From Eledone cirrhosa (lineage: Eukaryota), in the NCBI GenBank assembly GCA_964016885.1, contig OZ024743.1, forward strand, positions 272,676,001 to 272,740,000: a stretch of DNA of 64,000 bases. The letters run 5' to 3'. The notes below the pieces were generated by a model that saw only the letters and a program-made list of their open reading frames with translations, was not told the origin of the DNA and made no database searches. Both the position numbers and the translations under genes were made by a program. Positions 1 to 12,899 of this stretch are shown here, in pieces; the first letter of the stretch is position 1, and the number at the start of each line of letters is the position of its first letter.

Positions 1-247
1 AAGGGCAAAGAAGAACTGAAATTGTGCTAGAACCTCAAACGTTAGTCATATTATGGATGATGAAAGGAGAAAAGTTGATAACAAGTATCTAATTGGTGGC
101 GACACAGCATCCGACAGCAAGTAACAGAGAAGGTTTTAGACATGGTAGAACAGATAGTGGAGACAGCCTCGTCTGTAGATCAGAGTTTGGAGTGCATAGG
201 TGAGCAACTTCATGGCAATCACGCTGATCTTTATTTCATCATGAAAG

Positions 248-370
248 TGCGTAACTTACTAGTTAGGACGTTAGACTCTCGATCATTACATTGTGAGTTC
301 CATTCCCGGTGTTGCGTTGTGCTCTTCACATTTGATTTTACATTACTCCAGTCCGCTCACCTAACAAAAT
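248..370 (+). mobile_element. Decayed tRNA-derived SINE fragment
   Basis: tRNA-like head (…gtgagttccattcccgg) followed by 'gttgtgctcttcacatttgattttacattactccagtccgctca'; a related inverted fragment lies near 56195-56335. Confidence 0.4.
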
Positions 371-1033
371 ACGAGTTCTGCCTGTATTTCAAAAGATCAC
401 CTTTGTCACATACTGTATCACGCCGAATCTCCATGAGAATTGTGTCTCTGGATTGCTCAGTCACTTTCACGTTAACTTCACGTGTAAGCTCTTGCGTTAA
501 TGAAACAAACTAGAACATTCCTCGACGTAATAGATGGAAGCCCAACACATGACTGCCTTTTTTAATCCTACAGTCAAATAATTCTGTCATACACTCATCT
601 AGAATATATAAACTTCCAATAGAGTATACTTAACCTGCCAGTGCTCAACTTTATACTGAAAATGTGATTGGATTCTTGACAGAATTACTTTTGTATTTGG
701 TTTCGTTTCAACATAAATATTTGATTAATTCTGCATACAAGTGTCTGACAGTGAATATATATATATTAACAATTTCAATCTAAGATATGAAACGAAGAAT
801 CAAATATAATTCAGATGTAATCGCCAAAAAGTATGCAAAAACAATTAGTCAACAGTCCGTCCGTCACAACCTCTGGCTATACCTATATAAATGCAGATAA
901 GCAAACATATACAAAAGCGCATACAAATTCACGAATAAAACAAGTGAATTCATACACGCATGGAAAAATAGGTAAACGAACAAAATCGGAAACAATTTCG
1001 TATGATACCGAATATATATATATATCTATACAT

Positions 1034-1979
1034 ATATATTTAGAAACACACAGATACATGCGGACACACACATATATACATGAATGCATCCACACCCAAC
1101 TGTGAGTTAAGGGTGCCAACTTCACCGATGTTGCTCAATGAATGACTGGGACAGACCAATTCAGTTGAACTAGACTGAACCAGTATCAGAGTTAAAAATA
1201 CATTATGAAGAGAGAAGAAACATTTAGATATAATTAGTAATAAAATGTATCATACCTAAACTGCTCCTAAATTCCTCGACTACGTAGTTTCGTGGCATAA
1301 ACAAAAACAATATATCAAAGATATAGAGTCGTTGCAAGGGCTGCCGACTTATCAAGAGGATACCTCATTTTACTAGTCTCAAGAACGCGTCTACACGACG
1401 TGAGAAAGAATCCCAAAAGGCGGAGGGGGAGATAGTCACGCGATATAACGGTCGAGAAACAGAGCTAAGCCTCTTATAACCACGAAGAAAATACCACGGA
1501 GGCGGAGGGGGTATTCATATCGAGGCCGTAGAAGAGGTAGTGAAGAAGGCGAGAAGTATGAGTAATGGAAGCTTTTAATTATATCTAAATGTTTCTTCTC
1601 TCTTCATAATGTATTTTTAACTCTGATACTGGTTCAGTCTAGTTCAACTGAATTGGTCTGTCCCAGTCATTCATTGAGCAACATCGGTGAAGTTGGCACC
1701 CTTAACTCACAGTTGGGTGTGGATGCATTCATGTATATATGTGTGTGTCCGCATGTATCTGTGTGTTTCTAAATATATTAATAACTCCCTCTGGTCGAGC
1801 AATCTTTGAAGTGTGGGGACAACTGGAAAGCTTCCATTACTCATACTTCTCGCCTTCTTCACTACCTCTTCTACGGCCTCGATATGAATACCCCCTCCGC
1901 CTCCGTGGTATTTTCTTCGTGGTTATAAGAGGCTTAGCTCTGTTTCTCGACCGTTATATCGCGTGACTATCTCCCCCTC
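1034..1979. repeat. Interleaved inverted duplications (A-B-A'-B') around an HHR-bearing pseudo-LTR
   Basis: 1034-1236 is the reverse complement of 1576-1778; 1423-1575 is the reverse complement of 1827-1979. Confidence 0.9.
1273..1360 (-). ncRNA. Type I hammerhead ribozyme, U3:A8 core variant
   Basis: Minus strand: tcctc TTGATAA gtcggca…tgccac GAAA ctacgtag TC gagga; stem I tcctc/gagga, palindromic stem III, GUC site. Confidence 0.8.
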
Positions 1980-2108
1980 AGCATTAGACTTACTATAGAC
2001 TACCCAAGTAGACACCCCAACCATCGATTACCTGTACTAGACACAGAGCTCTGGTTAGATACTATTAACAACCAAAAACAAATCCTCCATTCCCATTATG
2101 CGAAACCC

Positions 2109-2984
2109 ATGACTTCCAAACATCTGATCCACCGAAACTCGGCCATTTCGGACCATACCAAAATCAACATACTGATTGCGGATTTGGTACGGGTGATGAG
2201 AAATGTGTCCCGCATGTGCAACCCCGAAGAACTAGAGAGACACATACAACACTTCATCCACCGTATGCAGTTCTCTGGCTACAATCAGAGAGATAGAATC
2301 AGAGTGTATAAAGGAGCCAGAACCAAATGGGAAAAAATGGTAAATAATGACATAAATGGGACCTGCCCCTTGTATAGGAGCAAATTTTGGAATAGAATAG
2401 AAAGAACTAGGAACAAGGCCAATAGAATAAACTCATGGTATGATAGCAATAAATACCAGAGTGTAATGTTCATCAATACAACCCCTAGAGGCGAACTAGC
2501 CTACAAATTTAGAAGGGCCCTAAATAAACATAAACTCAATATTAAGATAGTAGAAAGACCAGGTACCTCCGTAAAAACACTTATTAGCAAGACATACCCG
2601 TTCCAAAGACCCTCATGTATAGATAAGAAATGTATAACCTGTAAAATAAGCCCCCATATTAACTGTAAAACTAGCATAAGATGTACTGAAGGACAATGTA
2701 GAAACAAAAATATAGTGTACATAGGTGAGACAGCTCGTAGTATAGGGGAACGAATAAATGAACACTGGCGAGACCTTCAAGATAATAAAGAATCATCTGT
2801 GCTCTACCAACATGCTAAGATAGAACACAGGAGTAGATTAGAGAACATAGAAATAAAAATAGAATCCACACACAGAAAAGATGCAATGTTTAGGCAAATT
2901 ACAGAGGCAGTAAGCATAAAAGAATTACAACCAAAATTAAATAGAAAATATGAGTGGAACAGCAACATCACAACTTACAATTAA
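2109..2984 (+). CDS. PLE polyprotein C-terminal part (RT thumb, Cys linker, GIY-YIG endonuclease); 5' truncated
   Basis: Motifs 'MQFSGY', 'CIDKKCITC', 'IVYIGETARSIGERINEH', 'RQITEAVSIKELQPKLNRKYEW'. Confidence 0.85.
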   Translation: MTSKHLIHRNSAISDHTKINILIADLVRVMRNVSRMCNPEELERHIQHFIHRMQFSGYNQRDRIRVYKGARTKWEKMVNNDINGTCPLYRSKFWNRIERTRNKANRINSWYDSNKYQSVMFINTTPRGELAYKFRRALNKHKLNIKIVERPGTSVKTLISKTYPFQRPSCIDKKCITCKISPHINCKTSIRCTEGQCRNKNIVYIGETARSIGERINEHWRDLQDNKESSVLYQHAKIEHRSRLENIEIKIESTHRKDAMFRQITEAVSIKELQPKLNRKYEWNSNITTYN

Positions 2985-3185
2985 GGACAAAATGAAAACA
3001 CACACAGGACAAAATGAAAACACACACACACATAGAACAAACAACTTACAATTAAGGACAAAATGAAAACACACACAGGACAAAATGAAAACACACACAC
3101 ACATAGAACAAACAACTTACAATTAAGGACAAAATGAAAACACACACAGGACAAAATGAAAACACACACACACATAGAACAAACA
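2972..3185 (+). repeat. About 72-bp tandem repeat, three copies, spanning the PLE stop codon
   Basis: 'aacttacaattaaggacaaaatgaaaacacacacaggacaaaatgaaaacac…atagaacaaac' repeated three times. Confidence 0.9.
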
Positions 3186-3356
3186 ACCAACCAACAATAA
3201 ATAAATAAATAAATAAACAAATAGGTAAATGAACGCAAACACACACAGACACCCGGATGTGGCGCATGCGCAAACCGAGCACACAACACACACACAGAAA
3301 CAAAATGGCGTAGGATAGAAGAAAGGAAAGGCACAGAAACAAAAAAAGGAATCCCC

Positions 3357-3401
3357 AGTCACTGAAGAGGTCACAGAGTGTGTGACGAAAGGACTATGAC
3401 T
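3357..3401 (+). ncRNA. Minimal type I hammerhead ribozyme
   Basis: agtca CTGAAGA g gtcac agagtgt gtgac GAAA ggac TA tgact; stem I agtca/tgact, stem II gtcac/gtgac. Confidence 0.8.
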
Positions 3402-3973
3402 ATATATAAACAACTATCTGGTTGTGGAACCAACCAACCAACCAGAAATGTATAAGTTTGTAGATTTGTAAATTTATAAATTTATAAATATATAATAAAT
3501 CGAAGTGAAAGCAACTGGTGCGTGAGTTTCTTATTGGCAACATGACCCTCCCAATGTATAACAATATATATATATGTTTCTATTCACAATGATATGACAA
3601 GAAAAATCAGAGAATTCAATACACCTATTCCTGTATTGTGTATGTTTCACTGTAAAGTTTTACTCATTCTTGAGAGAGTAGTCTCTGATTTGCAGGCTAC
3701 ATTCTGCTTCTGAAAGGCAATAATTAATTTATATACTGCACCACACCCAAAAATACGCTAGATGCTGATACAGCTCTATTAGTGTTTCGTAGCGTGCGTT
3801 TCTATATTTGGGCACACCATATACTGGTCAACATTCTTACTAGTTATTTGCTTCCAATACCATTAAAAAGCGAGAAGAGAAAATAAATGTAGTAATATGT
3901 CTGATCCATGTGTTTTTTTATTATTAAAATTGCATTGTCAAATGATACGTTGTTAAACTATATATACATATAT

Positions 3974-4023
<50 letters not shown>

Positions 4024-4061
4024 AACGTTTACATATATATATACATATATATACATATACG

Positions 4062-4555
4062 TGTTTTGCAACGGGTCACTTTGTGGCTCAATGAAAATTT
4101 AATAAATTAAATAATCAGAGCTATATATCATAAAACATGTCTATAGAATCACAAGATAAAATATATACCATTTCCTCTCCCAATTATCATAATTAACTAT
4201 ATAAAAAATCGAATAGACGAGGCTATAAGAATGAGGCTTTTATGAAGAAATCTCCAACAAATAACCGAAACTAGCCCTTCGCGTCGGCCGCAACGGAATA
4301 TTTATCGAATATTTCGACAGCGCAATCGCCCAGATAGAGTCAATTAAACAGAATTAGGTGTAAAATAACCTAGGAGAAAATAGAATACATTTAAATACCT
4401 CTACCATGGTTTCGTCCGCATTTTGAGATTTCCAATAATTATGTAATAATTATGTAACTCGAGCACCGGATTCATCAGGAGATTTGCTCAGATCTAGACA
4501 CTAAATTTTCCAAAGTGATCGCGCCAAGAATTCATTCAAAATGGCTAAGAATCGT
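4062..4555 (-). mobile_element. Non-coding HHR element family B (retrozyme-like or solo pseudo-LTR), copy 1
   Basis: Homologous to 24517-24948 and 25071-25530; flanked by TA runs; no ORF; contains an HHR. Confidence 0.75.
4397..4483 (-). ncRNA. Type I hammerhead ribozyme with long stem II (family B)
   Basis: atctc CTGATGA atccg…cggac GAAA ccatgg TA gaggt. Confidence 0.75.
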
Positions 4556-5211
4556 ATATATATATATATGTCAGGTCACCAGTTGGTGCTACTGGTAACA
4601 TGTATCCCAGTACAACCTGTCTCATGGTCGGGTCGTTGGCGACTAAACTGGCAACCCCACCAAGGTTTCTTGGTGAGGAGGGTGACTTTAGACATCCTGC
4701 AGGACTAAAAACAAAACCTGTCAAAGGGCAAAGGAGCTCTTAAGAGTCAATGGCCATCCAAAACTACCGGGAGAGATGACTCCTTAGCCTTTGTCAAGGC
4801 AGAATTCTAGGAGAAGGAAAACTCTGATATAACACCTGCAACCCTGATGGTATCCAATAATGTTGACTTGTTCTTCTTTTTAGTAAATATCATCTTGGTT
4901 AAGAGAGTGGGACTGGCTTTGTGCAGTGACTTTGGCATTGCTTTATATCTGGAGATCTCTCTGCACTTGTCGTCACATAGGTTCCATCGGCCTAGCACTA
5001 TGTGTCAATAATTGTCAAAGGTGTAGTGTTTGTACCAGAGTTTTCAAGTCGCTGGCTGGACTAAAAAGTCACACTCATTCAGCGCATCGGTAGAGGTTCT
5101 CCTACATGGATATAAAGTATTGGCCGTACTCGAAAACGAATTGGCAGCCACCATATATATATATATATATATATGGAATTGAAATAGAAGCTTCACCGTA
5201 ATATTGTGACT

Positions 5212-5606
5212 AATAATTGTTTCTACTTTTGGCACAAGGCCAGCAATTACCCAGTGCATTACTGGTACTTTATTGTATATACCCCGTAAGGATGAAAGGC
5301 AAAGTTAACCTTGGCGCGATTTGAACTCAGACCGTAAAGGGACGTAACTATGCTGGAAAGCATGGCGTCCGACCTTCTACTGATACTGCCAATCCCCCGC
5401 CCTAATATTGTGACTAATAATTGTTTCTACTTTAGGCACAAGGCCAGCAATTACCCAGTGCATTACTGGTACTTTATTTTATCGACCCCGTAAGGATGAA
5501 AGGCAAAGTCAACCTCAGCGGGATTTGAACTCAGATCGTTAAGGGACGTAACTATGCTGGAAAGCATGGCGTCCGACCCTTTACCGATACTGCCAATCCA
5601 CCGCCT
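5212..5606 (-). mobile_element. Two tandem tRNA-derived SINEs (Nin/Deu-like core)
   Basis: A box tggcagtatcgg, B box gagttcaaatc, core gcctttcatccttacggggtcgataaaataaagtaccag; 'taatattgtgactaataat' duplicated near 5200 and 5403. Confidence 0.9.
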
Positions 5607-6013
5607 TTATAGTCTAATAATGGGGCGTATAAAGGAACGGAACGAAAAAAGATAGGTATCAGCACACATGGGAGTCAAATCATCACCTTTCGTTTGTCGG
5701 ATGAGTACGTTACCATTACGCCAATGAACCCACCCAGCTTTTCTATTATTATTAGGAGCCATACCTTAATAGCGATATGTAAACAAAATAAGTATGTCTG
5801 GAAGGCGACGAAGTCTTTCATTTTTCAGCTCTGATTTTCATTCCAGCCAGCCATTCAGCACTCAGCATGAACCTATGAAGTACAAGTCGGAGATCAACTT
5901 TTATTGAGTTAAATAACCCCATTACGTCTGAAAATTCCAGCCGACAGATTTTACACTCGCCAGTCAGGATACCACATCCATCCGACTGCGCATTTCAACC
6001 TTGTTCGTGAAAA

Positions 6014-6232
6014 TAATGGTTTCTTATATAAGCAAAGGCCAGCAATTTTAGGGGACGGGGAAAGTCGACTAAATCGACCCCAGTGCTTGACTGGTACTTT
6101 ATTTTATCGATCCTGTAAGGAAGAAAGCAAAGTTAACCTCGGCGGGATTTGAACTCAGATCATAAAGGGCCGTAACTCAATGTTGAAAAGCATGGCGTTC
6201 GACCCTCTACCGATACTGCCAATCCACCGCCC
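6014..6232 (-). mobile_element. SINE, longer subfamily, with target-site duplication
   Basis: Same consensus; flanks ttgttcgtgaaaataat (6001) and ttgttcgtgaaataat (6235). Confidence 0.85.
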
Positions 6233-6239
6233 TTTTGTT

Positions 6240-6700
6240 CGTGAAATAATTAATAGGAGAGGTGATAGTACACAGCGGTGGCGGAGTCCGACTCCCACAT
6301 TTATCCGAACACAAATACTCGGGCATTCGTATGGAGACACCAGAGCAGAAAGAAGCTGATTATTGATCCCATATCCCTGCAGAACCTTCCACAGCAGGAC
6401 CCGAAGAACACGGTCATATGCCTTTTCGGGGTTGACAAAACAAGAATATACCTCTTGGCAATACTCCTATTTTGTCGGCTCTGCAGCGTCCGGGGCGAAA
6501 ACCGCACTGTTCATCGGCTACCTTGAACTCAACACTCTCCCTGCATCTCTTTGCAAGACACTTAGCATAGAGTTTACTGGGGTGGCTTAACAATGAATTC
6601 CCTCTGTAATTGGAATAATCTCTCTTGTCTCCCCCTTTTCAAAAATGGGATTATCACTGCCGATTGCCATTTCTTTGGTGCTTTCCAGGTATCAGAAGAG
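6240..6700 (-). pseudogene. Decayed RTE-type LINE reverse transcriptase fragment
   Basis: Minus strand, across frameshifts: 'NYRGNSLLS…EQCGFRPGR…FVNPEKAYDRV…GVGLRHRCVLSPLL'. Confidence 0.75.
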
Positions 6701-7321
6701 CGTTAGATAAAAAGCTTTCTGGCATTAGATACGACATTCTTCATTCCGATTTCAAATCACACCGAGATCAACTTTGCCTATCATCTTTCCGAGGTTGATA
6801 AAACAAAGTACCATTCAAATACTGGAGTCTGTATAATCGAATTTCCTGCTTTCCTCACAATTTGCTGGCTTTTGTGCTAATATTACAAATCATTTTTATT
6901 TGTATCATAATTTTCATTATTGATATTTCTGTCATTTTTATTATTTTTATCATTAGCAGTTTTATGATCATTCAACATTAATATGAGCAGCATCCCCATC
7001 ATTATCGAAATCATTATTATCAGCAATATAACTTTAATCATTATCATTATTGCGATTATTATTATCCCTATTATCACTATTATTTCTCTTCGATGTTATT
7101 ATATTGAGAAATTGACGATACATCTAATTCTTTGTTGTCGGCTATTAAACATTGAAGAGAATGGATTTTGACTGCAATAAAATCCATTCAGGGTATCCAA
7201 TTTAGTAGCTGATAATTTCCAGACGAGTGCAAATGTTATATTTGTCATCGTTATAAGATCATGGTCATTAGTATTTTTGTCGGTGTTCACAGCATTATTA
7301 TTTTTATTATTATCATTAATA

Positions 7322-7515
7322 TTGGTGGTGGATTGGCAGTATCGGTAGAGGGTCGGACGCCATGCTTTGCAGCAACGAGTTACGGCCCTTTATGGTCTGA
7401 GTTCAAATCCCGCCGAGGTTAACTTTGCCTTTCATCCTTACGGGGTCGATGAAATAAAGTACCAGTAATGCACTGGGATAATTGCTGGCCTTGTGCCAAC
7501 AGTAGAAACAATTAT
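7322..7515 (+). mobile_element. SINE with target-site duplication
   Basis: Full consensus; attattatcattaatatt on both flanks. Confidence 0.9.
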
Positions 7516-7723
7516 TATCATTAATATTATTTTGCAATAATCATCATCGTCTACTTTTCTGTCCTTTGTCACCGAGAAAGATTTTCCGCTATCCTATGGG
7601 ATTATTATATGCATTATAATCCATAATAAGCCACTAACTATCACCAAATAAAACTGAAAATTCATTCTGAATAACCAATTAATTATCAATTTTAAAATTC
7701 ACTTTTTCATCCTATATTTTTTT

Positions 7724-7727
<4 letters not shown>

Positions 7728-7774
<47 letters not shown>

Positions 7775-7775
7775 G

Positions 7776-7863
<88 letters not shown>

Positions 7864-8161
7864 ATAATTCAAATAGAAAAAGTAATTAATGTACAAATAT
7901 GAATTGATTTTTCTGTATGTGTTATAGTGTTGCCAGTATTAAAAATAATATTTAATACACAGAAAAACCAGTAACATCATGTATGTATGTATGTATGTAT
8001 GTATGTATGTATGTATGTATGTATGTATGTATGTATGTATGTATGCATGCATGCATGTATGTATGTATGTATGTATGTATGTATGTATGTATGTATGTAT
8101 GTATGTATGTATGTATGTGTGTGTGTGTGTGTATGTATGTGTGTGTGAGTCTGTGTGTGTA
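7728..8161. repeat. (TA)n, (TG)n, (GA)n and (TATG)n microsatellites
   Basis: Direct reading. Confidence 0.95.
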
Positions 8162-10994
8162 TGGGAGGCTTGTCAATAATGGAAAAATCTAAACGTAAAA
8201 AATATCTCATAAAGTTAAGTAGCCTAAGGTAGAATGCATTAAATTCAAATACCCGTAACAATATGCATTTCCTAGTCAATTTGTAATTTATTTCTGTGAT
8301 GTCGTAATGGATAGTTTAAGCAACAACAACAAGGATTTATTTTAATAAATATAATAAGAACAAAATAAGCCTTTCATGGTAAATGGTGACATTAATTTGA
8401 ATCCGAAATATTAATATGAGGCATGAGCTGTCTTTTCTAGGATATTTCACATTTATTTTGGTTTAAATACATTGTAGTTATGCGTTTTTGTTAATATTGT
8501 TGTTACGTAGATGTTGGCCAGTTCTAATCGAACTGATCAATGGTGAAAAGTATTCGAATCGTGATCATTTTATCAATTTTCAAATAAGACTTTAATTTTA
8601 ATAAGGTTGTGATTTGAAAAAAAGGTTTAGCCGCTACATCTAACAAATTGAGTGACAATGTAGAGGTTCCTTCATTAGCTTACTTAATGTGGAATATTCT
8701 GCATATATTATAAATGTGACAGTCGTTTTAAATATCATTGAAGTAAGATGTAATAATTTTTCTTATTATTTCTGTGGTTGAAATGGCTAGCACAACAGAA
8801 CGACAAGCAAGGTGGCAGACCTTTCAACTGGGGAGTACCATAAAAAAGTACCCCAAAAAAGGGGAGAAACGAGGCAAAATGGGGAAATTTTACGTAATGA
8901 AAGCTATACCCATTTTCACAAAAGAAGACACTTCACCCACCCCAAACCTATAAATGTTTAATTGGTGTTAACATTTCTAGGTGATTTCAACTCAGATTAT
9001 AAAGGGCCGTGTGTGACGCAAAGCATGTTGTCCAAAGCTATATTGACACTACTAATCCACCGGCTTCCACTAGCTTAATAATTAGAAAGTTAGTTATATT
9101 ACAACTTCTAATGTATTTTTCAGAACAGTTAATGATAATATATTTGATGTATTTATATTTTTAAAGCTGTTTCATATTTTTTTTTGCTTGTTTTTTTTTT
9201 CCAAAATAAAGTACATATATCGGTGAATTAGTAGAGTTTTTAGAACGTTGGTATTTGTTACAGTGACCTGAAATCGACTTTACCTTTCATCATTTCGGGG
9301 TTAATGAATAAAGTACCAGTCCAAGGGTTGTGCAGCAATGGGTTAAGAGTCAGATAAGGTACATTGTGGAATCTGAACTAGCTCTGTGTGTTCTGAGTTC
9401 AAGTTCCACTTCTTTCTGCTAGGATCTGCGAACTGGAGATAGTATAGGCAATGGAAATATCAATGGATACATATCTTTCTCTTGTCCGATCTGATGAAAT
9501 AGAGTATTTAATTATTCGGGTCGATTTATTCCCTGATCGCGTGCCTCTGTAAGCAATCAGTGTTCTATCCCTTTCGCATCACATGGGATACTCCACAAGG
9601 TATGTTTTAGTATTTTCAAATGTTTGCAGGCCAAAGATTGAGCCTTTACTTAGTGGTTCAAACAGCTAAATAGCAAGTGAATATTCGCCAAATCGCATCA
9701 CACAATTAAATGTAGGATGATACTTTAGATAGTTTTAGATACGCAGAAAAGAACGATGTTGTACGGGTTGAAATGTTTTGATCATAAATCTGCGGGTTCG
9801 GAAATAAAAAAAACAACTAACAACCAAAAACAAATATGGGAAGAGTGTTTATGTGAATACAAAAATGTACAGAAGTACATAATGAATGTTATATTTCACT
9901 ACGATGCTTTAATTTTGAGAGCCATATCCATTACAAACCGAAGATTCTGCCTCAAGAACCTGACATTTATATGATTTGTATTGCAAGCACGTATTTATTT
10001 GCAAAAATTGATTTACATTTTTTCATATGTTTTCCTTCTATTTCATATAGCATTACCTGAGTGAACTCTGAAATTGGCGACATTTGAGCTATATTTCATG
10101 TTTTATAACTTCTCGAATAAACATTATAAATTATTAATAGCGGCAAGTAGACCTTACATTTATAACATCACGAGGAATATTTATCTAAGTTAACATTTTC
10201 ATGTTTCCAGAAGATTTAGTCGAAAAGTAAAAAGATCTCACAAGCTATAGATTTTCAGCTAAATTTGGGATAGAATTATTACCAGACAGAGATCGTTAAT
10301 CAATCCTATCGTTTACGAAAATTACTGACCTTGACTTCGTTATTAAATATTTTTAGGATGATAGAGTAACACAATTAGTTGAGAGTTGGCAAACAGCTAT
10401 AGAGTATTTATTTATGTCGTGTTATGTTCTTGGTTTCAATCTCTTTTGCTAATCCTTTTCTTACCCTTTTCCATTCCCCTAATTCAGCTCTCTTCCCTAC
10501 ATGGCTACTGTAACCCTTTCTGAAATTTTTGTACTGGACAGACGTGTAAAACTGTATCCATCAAGTCACATCTAGTAGAAATATTTCTCTCTCGGCCATT
10601 TCACTACACGCTCATTTGTTTGCGATCATCTTTCAGTCTAGTGGCTTATATAAATATATATTTACTGTATATGCATAGTTCTCCGGTCATCTACCTGTAT
10701 GTTTATTCATGTATTTCGTAGAGTTGATTTTTCAAACAGCTACATTATTCTGTTTTTCTGTTCTATTCTCGTTACACCAGTGTTTTGTTTATTTCGCAAA
10801 CAGTATTGTATAATAGTTTTCTAACTGCATTATCACGTTGTAGTTAGCAGTCTTATCCGTCATCGTGCAAAACTATGATGATATCTAACTACACATAACT
10901 GATCATGGAAAGCCCTTCGTTTCCTTGTCCGTAGACTACTTTGTCAGAGTTAGGGTATCTGAACTTATACAGGAAGGAATAAAAGCTGTTTGAT

Positions 10995-11500
10995 GGGTAC
11001 GAGTCGCAGCGGCGTGCCGTTGACGCTAGCTACAATCTGGTTGTTCGCGGACAACCGGGGGGGGGCTCATGTTACTCGATCCCACACAAATGTGTGCGAC
11101 TTTTCAGTGACATTTCGCTCACCTATTCGGGAGCTGTTATGGGTTGGAATAAGGGATGGACTTCACTACCTACTTCCTCGGTAGTCTGCGGTAGCTCTAT
11201 GTGAGCGAGGTGGAGTGTTACGAAAATGCAGGAATAGTTGCTGAGATACGAGCCAGGCATTTCTGGAGGATTTTCGGTCCAGCGCCTATGGATAATTCCA
11301 GACATCTCTGGCCTGGCTGTGCTATCGGGGAGCATTGACAGATCGAGATACACTCTACAGGCATGGAAGTGCCGCCAGTCGAGCCTCAGCAAGATTTGCG
11401 CAGGGCCATGACACAAGTGTCCGGGTATTGATGACTTGTGAGTGTATGTCATAAACGTATCCGGCTATTAACTGAATCTACCAAGAAGATCGCCCAACGG
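10995..11500 (+). mobile_element. Possible 3' end of an LTR retrotransposon (polypurine tract plus LTR start)
   Basis: 'TSRSG'-like pol tail, G9 tract at 11057-11065, then TGT at 11070 and a GC-richer block. Confidence 0.35.
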
Positions 11501-11639
11501 TCTTCCTTTAGACGGGAAGGATTTTGTACACTAACGGAAATTGCTGAACGTAAACTGAATCTGGAACAACGGTTTTCTTCAAAATAGATACAGCAGTCTG
11601 ACAAGGATGCATCCTCCCTCCCCTGGTATTTCTACTGGC

Positions 11640-12050
11640 TATTATCTTTCTCTTGAAAAGGACTGACGATGAACCCAGACAAGGTTAAAGGAACTGAACT
11701 TTGCTGACAACATCACCTTCATAACAGAAAACAGTGCATGTCATCTGCAATACTTAACATCACTGCCGGAAAATGGTGAACAGATGGTGTTGAGGATCAA
11801 CACCTAGTTGTCTAAGCTGATGAAAATTGGCAGCAACACCGATCAAGCAATAACATTCGAGGTAAATACAAAAAAAGAGCTAGTAGTAGTCTAACCTAAA
11901 TTACATGGGCTGCCTCTTAAACAACAATAGAAACAATAAACTAGACGCCAATAGCGGAATTCTTAATTGCGGAAACTGAAAGTATTTAACAAAGCTAAAC
12001 CACAGTGAAAAAAAAAATGAGCTACTTGTAGAGAAGCTGGTAGAATATAA
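11640..12050 (+). pseudogene. Highly decayed RTE-type RT remnant
   Basis: 'LNFADNITF' (YADD-like) and 'VLRINT*LSKLMKIG'. Confidence 0.45.
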
Positions 12051-12087
12051 ACGCTACTTCCTGAAGCGAAGACAGGAGACATACGCA

Positions 12088-12165
<78 letters not shown>

Positions 12166-12416
12166 TATTGAAGTTTGCTTGAAGCAATGTGGAATAATAA
12201 GGTAAATTTCTATAAGTCGTTTGGAAGCCTCGACAATGCAGATGGGTAAATCTCCGGGTAACAAGATCCGGTGGTAGAGAGAGAGATGTAAGTGGGTCTA
12301 CGTTGAGAAGCGTGGCGTGTATAAGACTGTAACGTGTAGAGGAATAAAGGAATGAGCGTAAAGGATAAAAATAAAAATAACAACACGAGAAAGAGTTACC
12401 TTGGGAGAGATTTAAG

Positions 12417-12454
12417 TGTCCCTATATATTTCGGATTCACATCCATCAACTGGG
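12417..12454 (-). ncRNA. Hammerhead-like motif with non-canonical core (copy in inverted arm)
   Basis: cc CAGTTGA t ggat gtga atcc GAAA tata TA gg. Confidence 0.5.
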
Positions 12455-12704
12455 TTTTTTTCCCGGGGGGGGGGGGGTATGTTGTCTGTCGGAAAGGTGC
12501 GAAACGTGTCCTCCGCTGTTCGTTGTTTTGAATATCTGAGGTATTCAGCAGAGCGCGCGTGCGCTTGAAATGGGGTCGGTCTGGCAGAAGTCAGCGGCCG
12601 AAGTAGTTCTTTCAATTGTGGGAGTGGGTGGCGCTAGCTGTCAGTCTATTCTCTGCCTGTTTGGTGAATGGTACTGTGTGTGTGCGTGTGTAGTTGTCTC
12701 GCTT

Positions 12705-12760
<56 letters not shown>

Positions 12761-12899
12761 GTTGTTGCCTTGTTCCTCTGTGTTGGCAGTGTAGTATGTT
12801 TGTATGGTGGAATGCTACCGTGTGTGTGTGCGTGTGTTGCTGTCTTGCTTGTGTGTGTGTGTGTGCGTGTGTTGCTGCATCGTTTGTTAACTTGAACCA

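Larger units (their letters stand above)
1985..3560 (+). mobile_element. 5'-truncated Penelope-like retroelement with HHR-bearing 3' pseudo-LTR
   Basis: RT C-terminus plus GIY-YIG ORF, then a CA-rich UTR and an HHR at 3357; ends in a TA run. Confidence 0.85.

Noticed and set aside
1621-1700. 'ctgatac' followed by a hairpin, as a possible HHR
   Set aside because: The core lacks G8-A9 and there is no properly placed GAAA or stem I
2972-3185. Repeat array resembling CRISPR
   Set aside because: No unique spacers, eukaryotic context, simple tandem duplication
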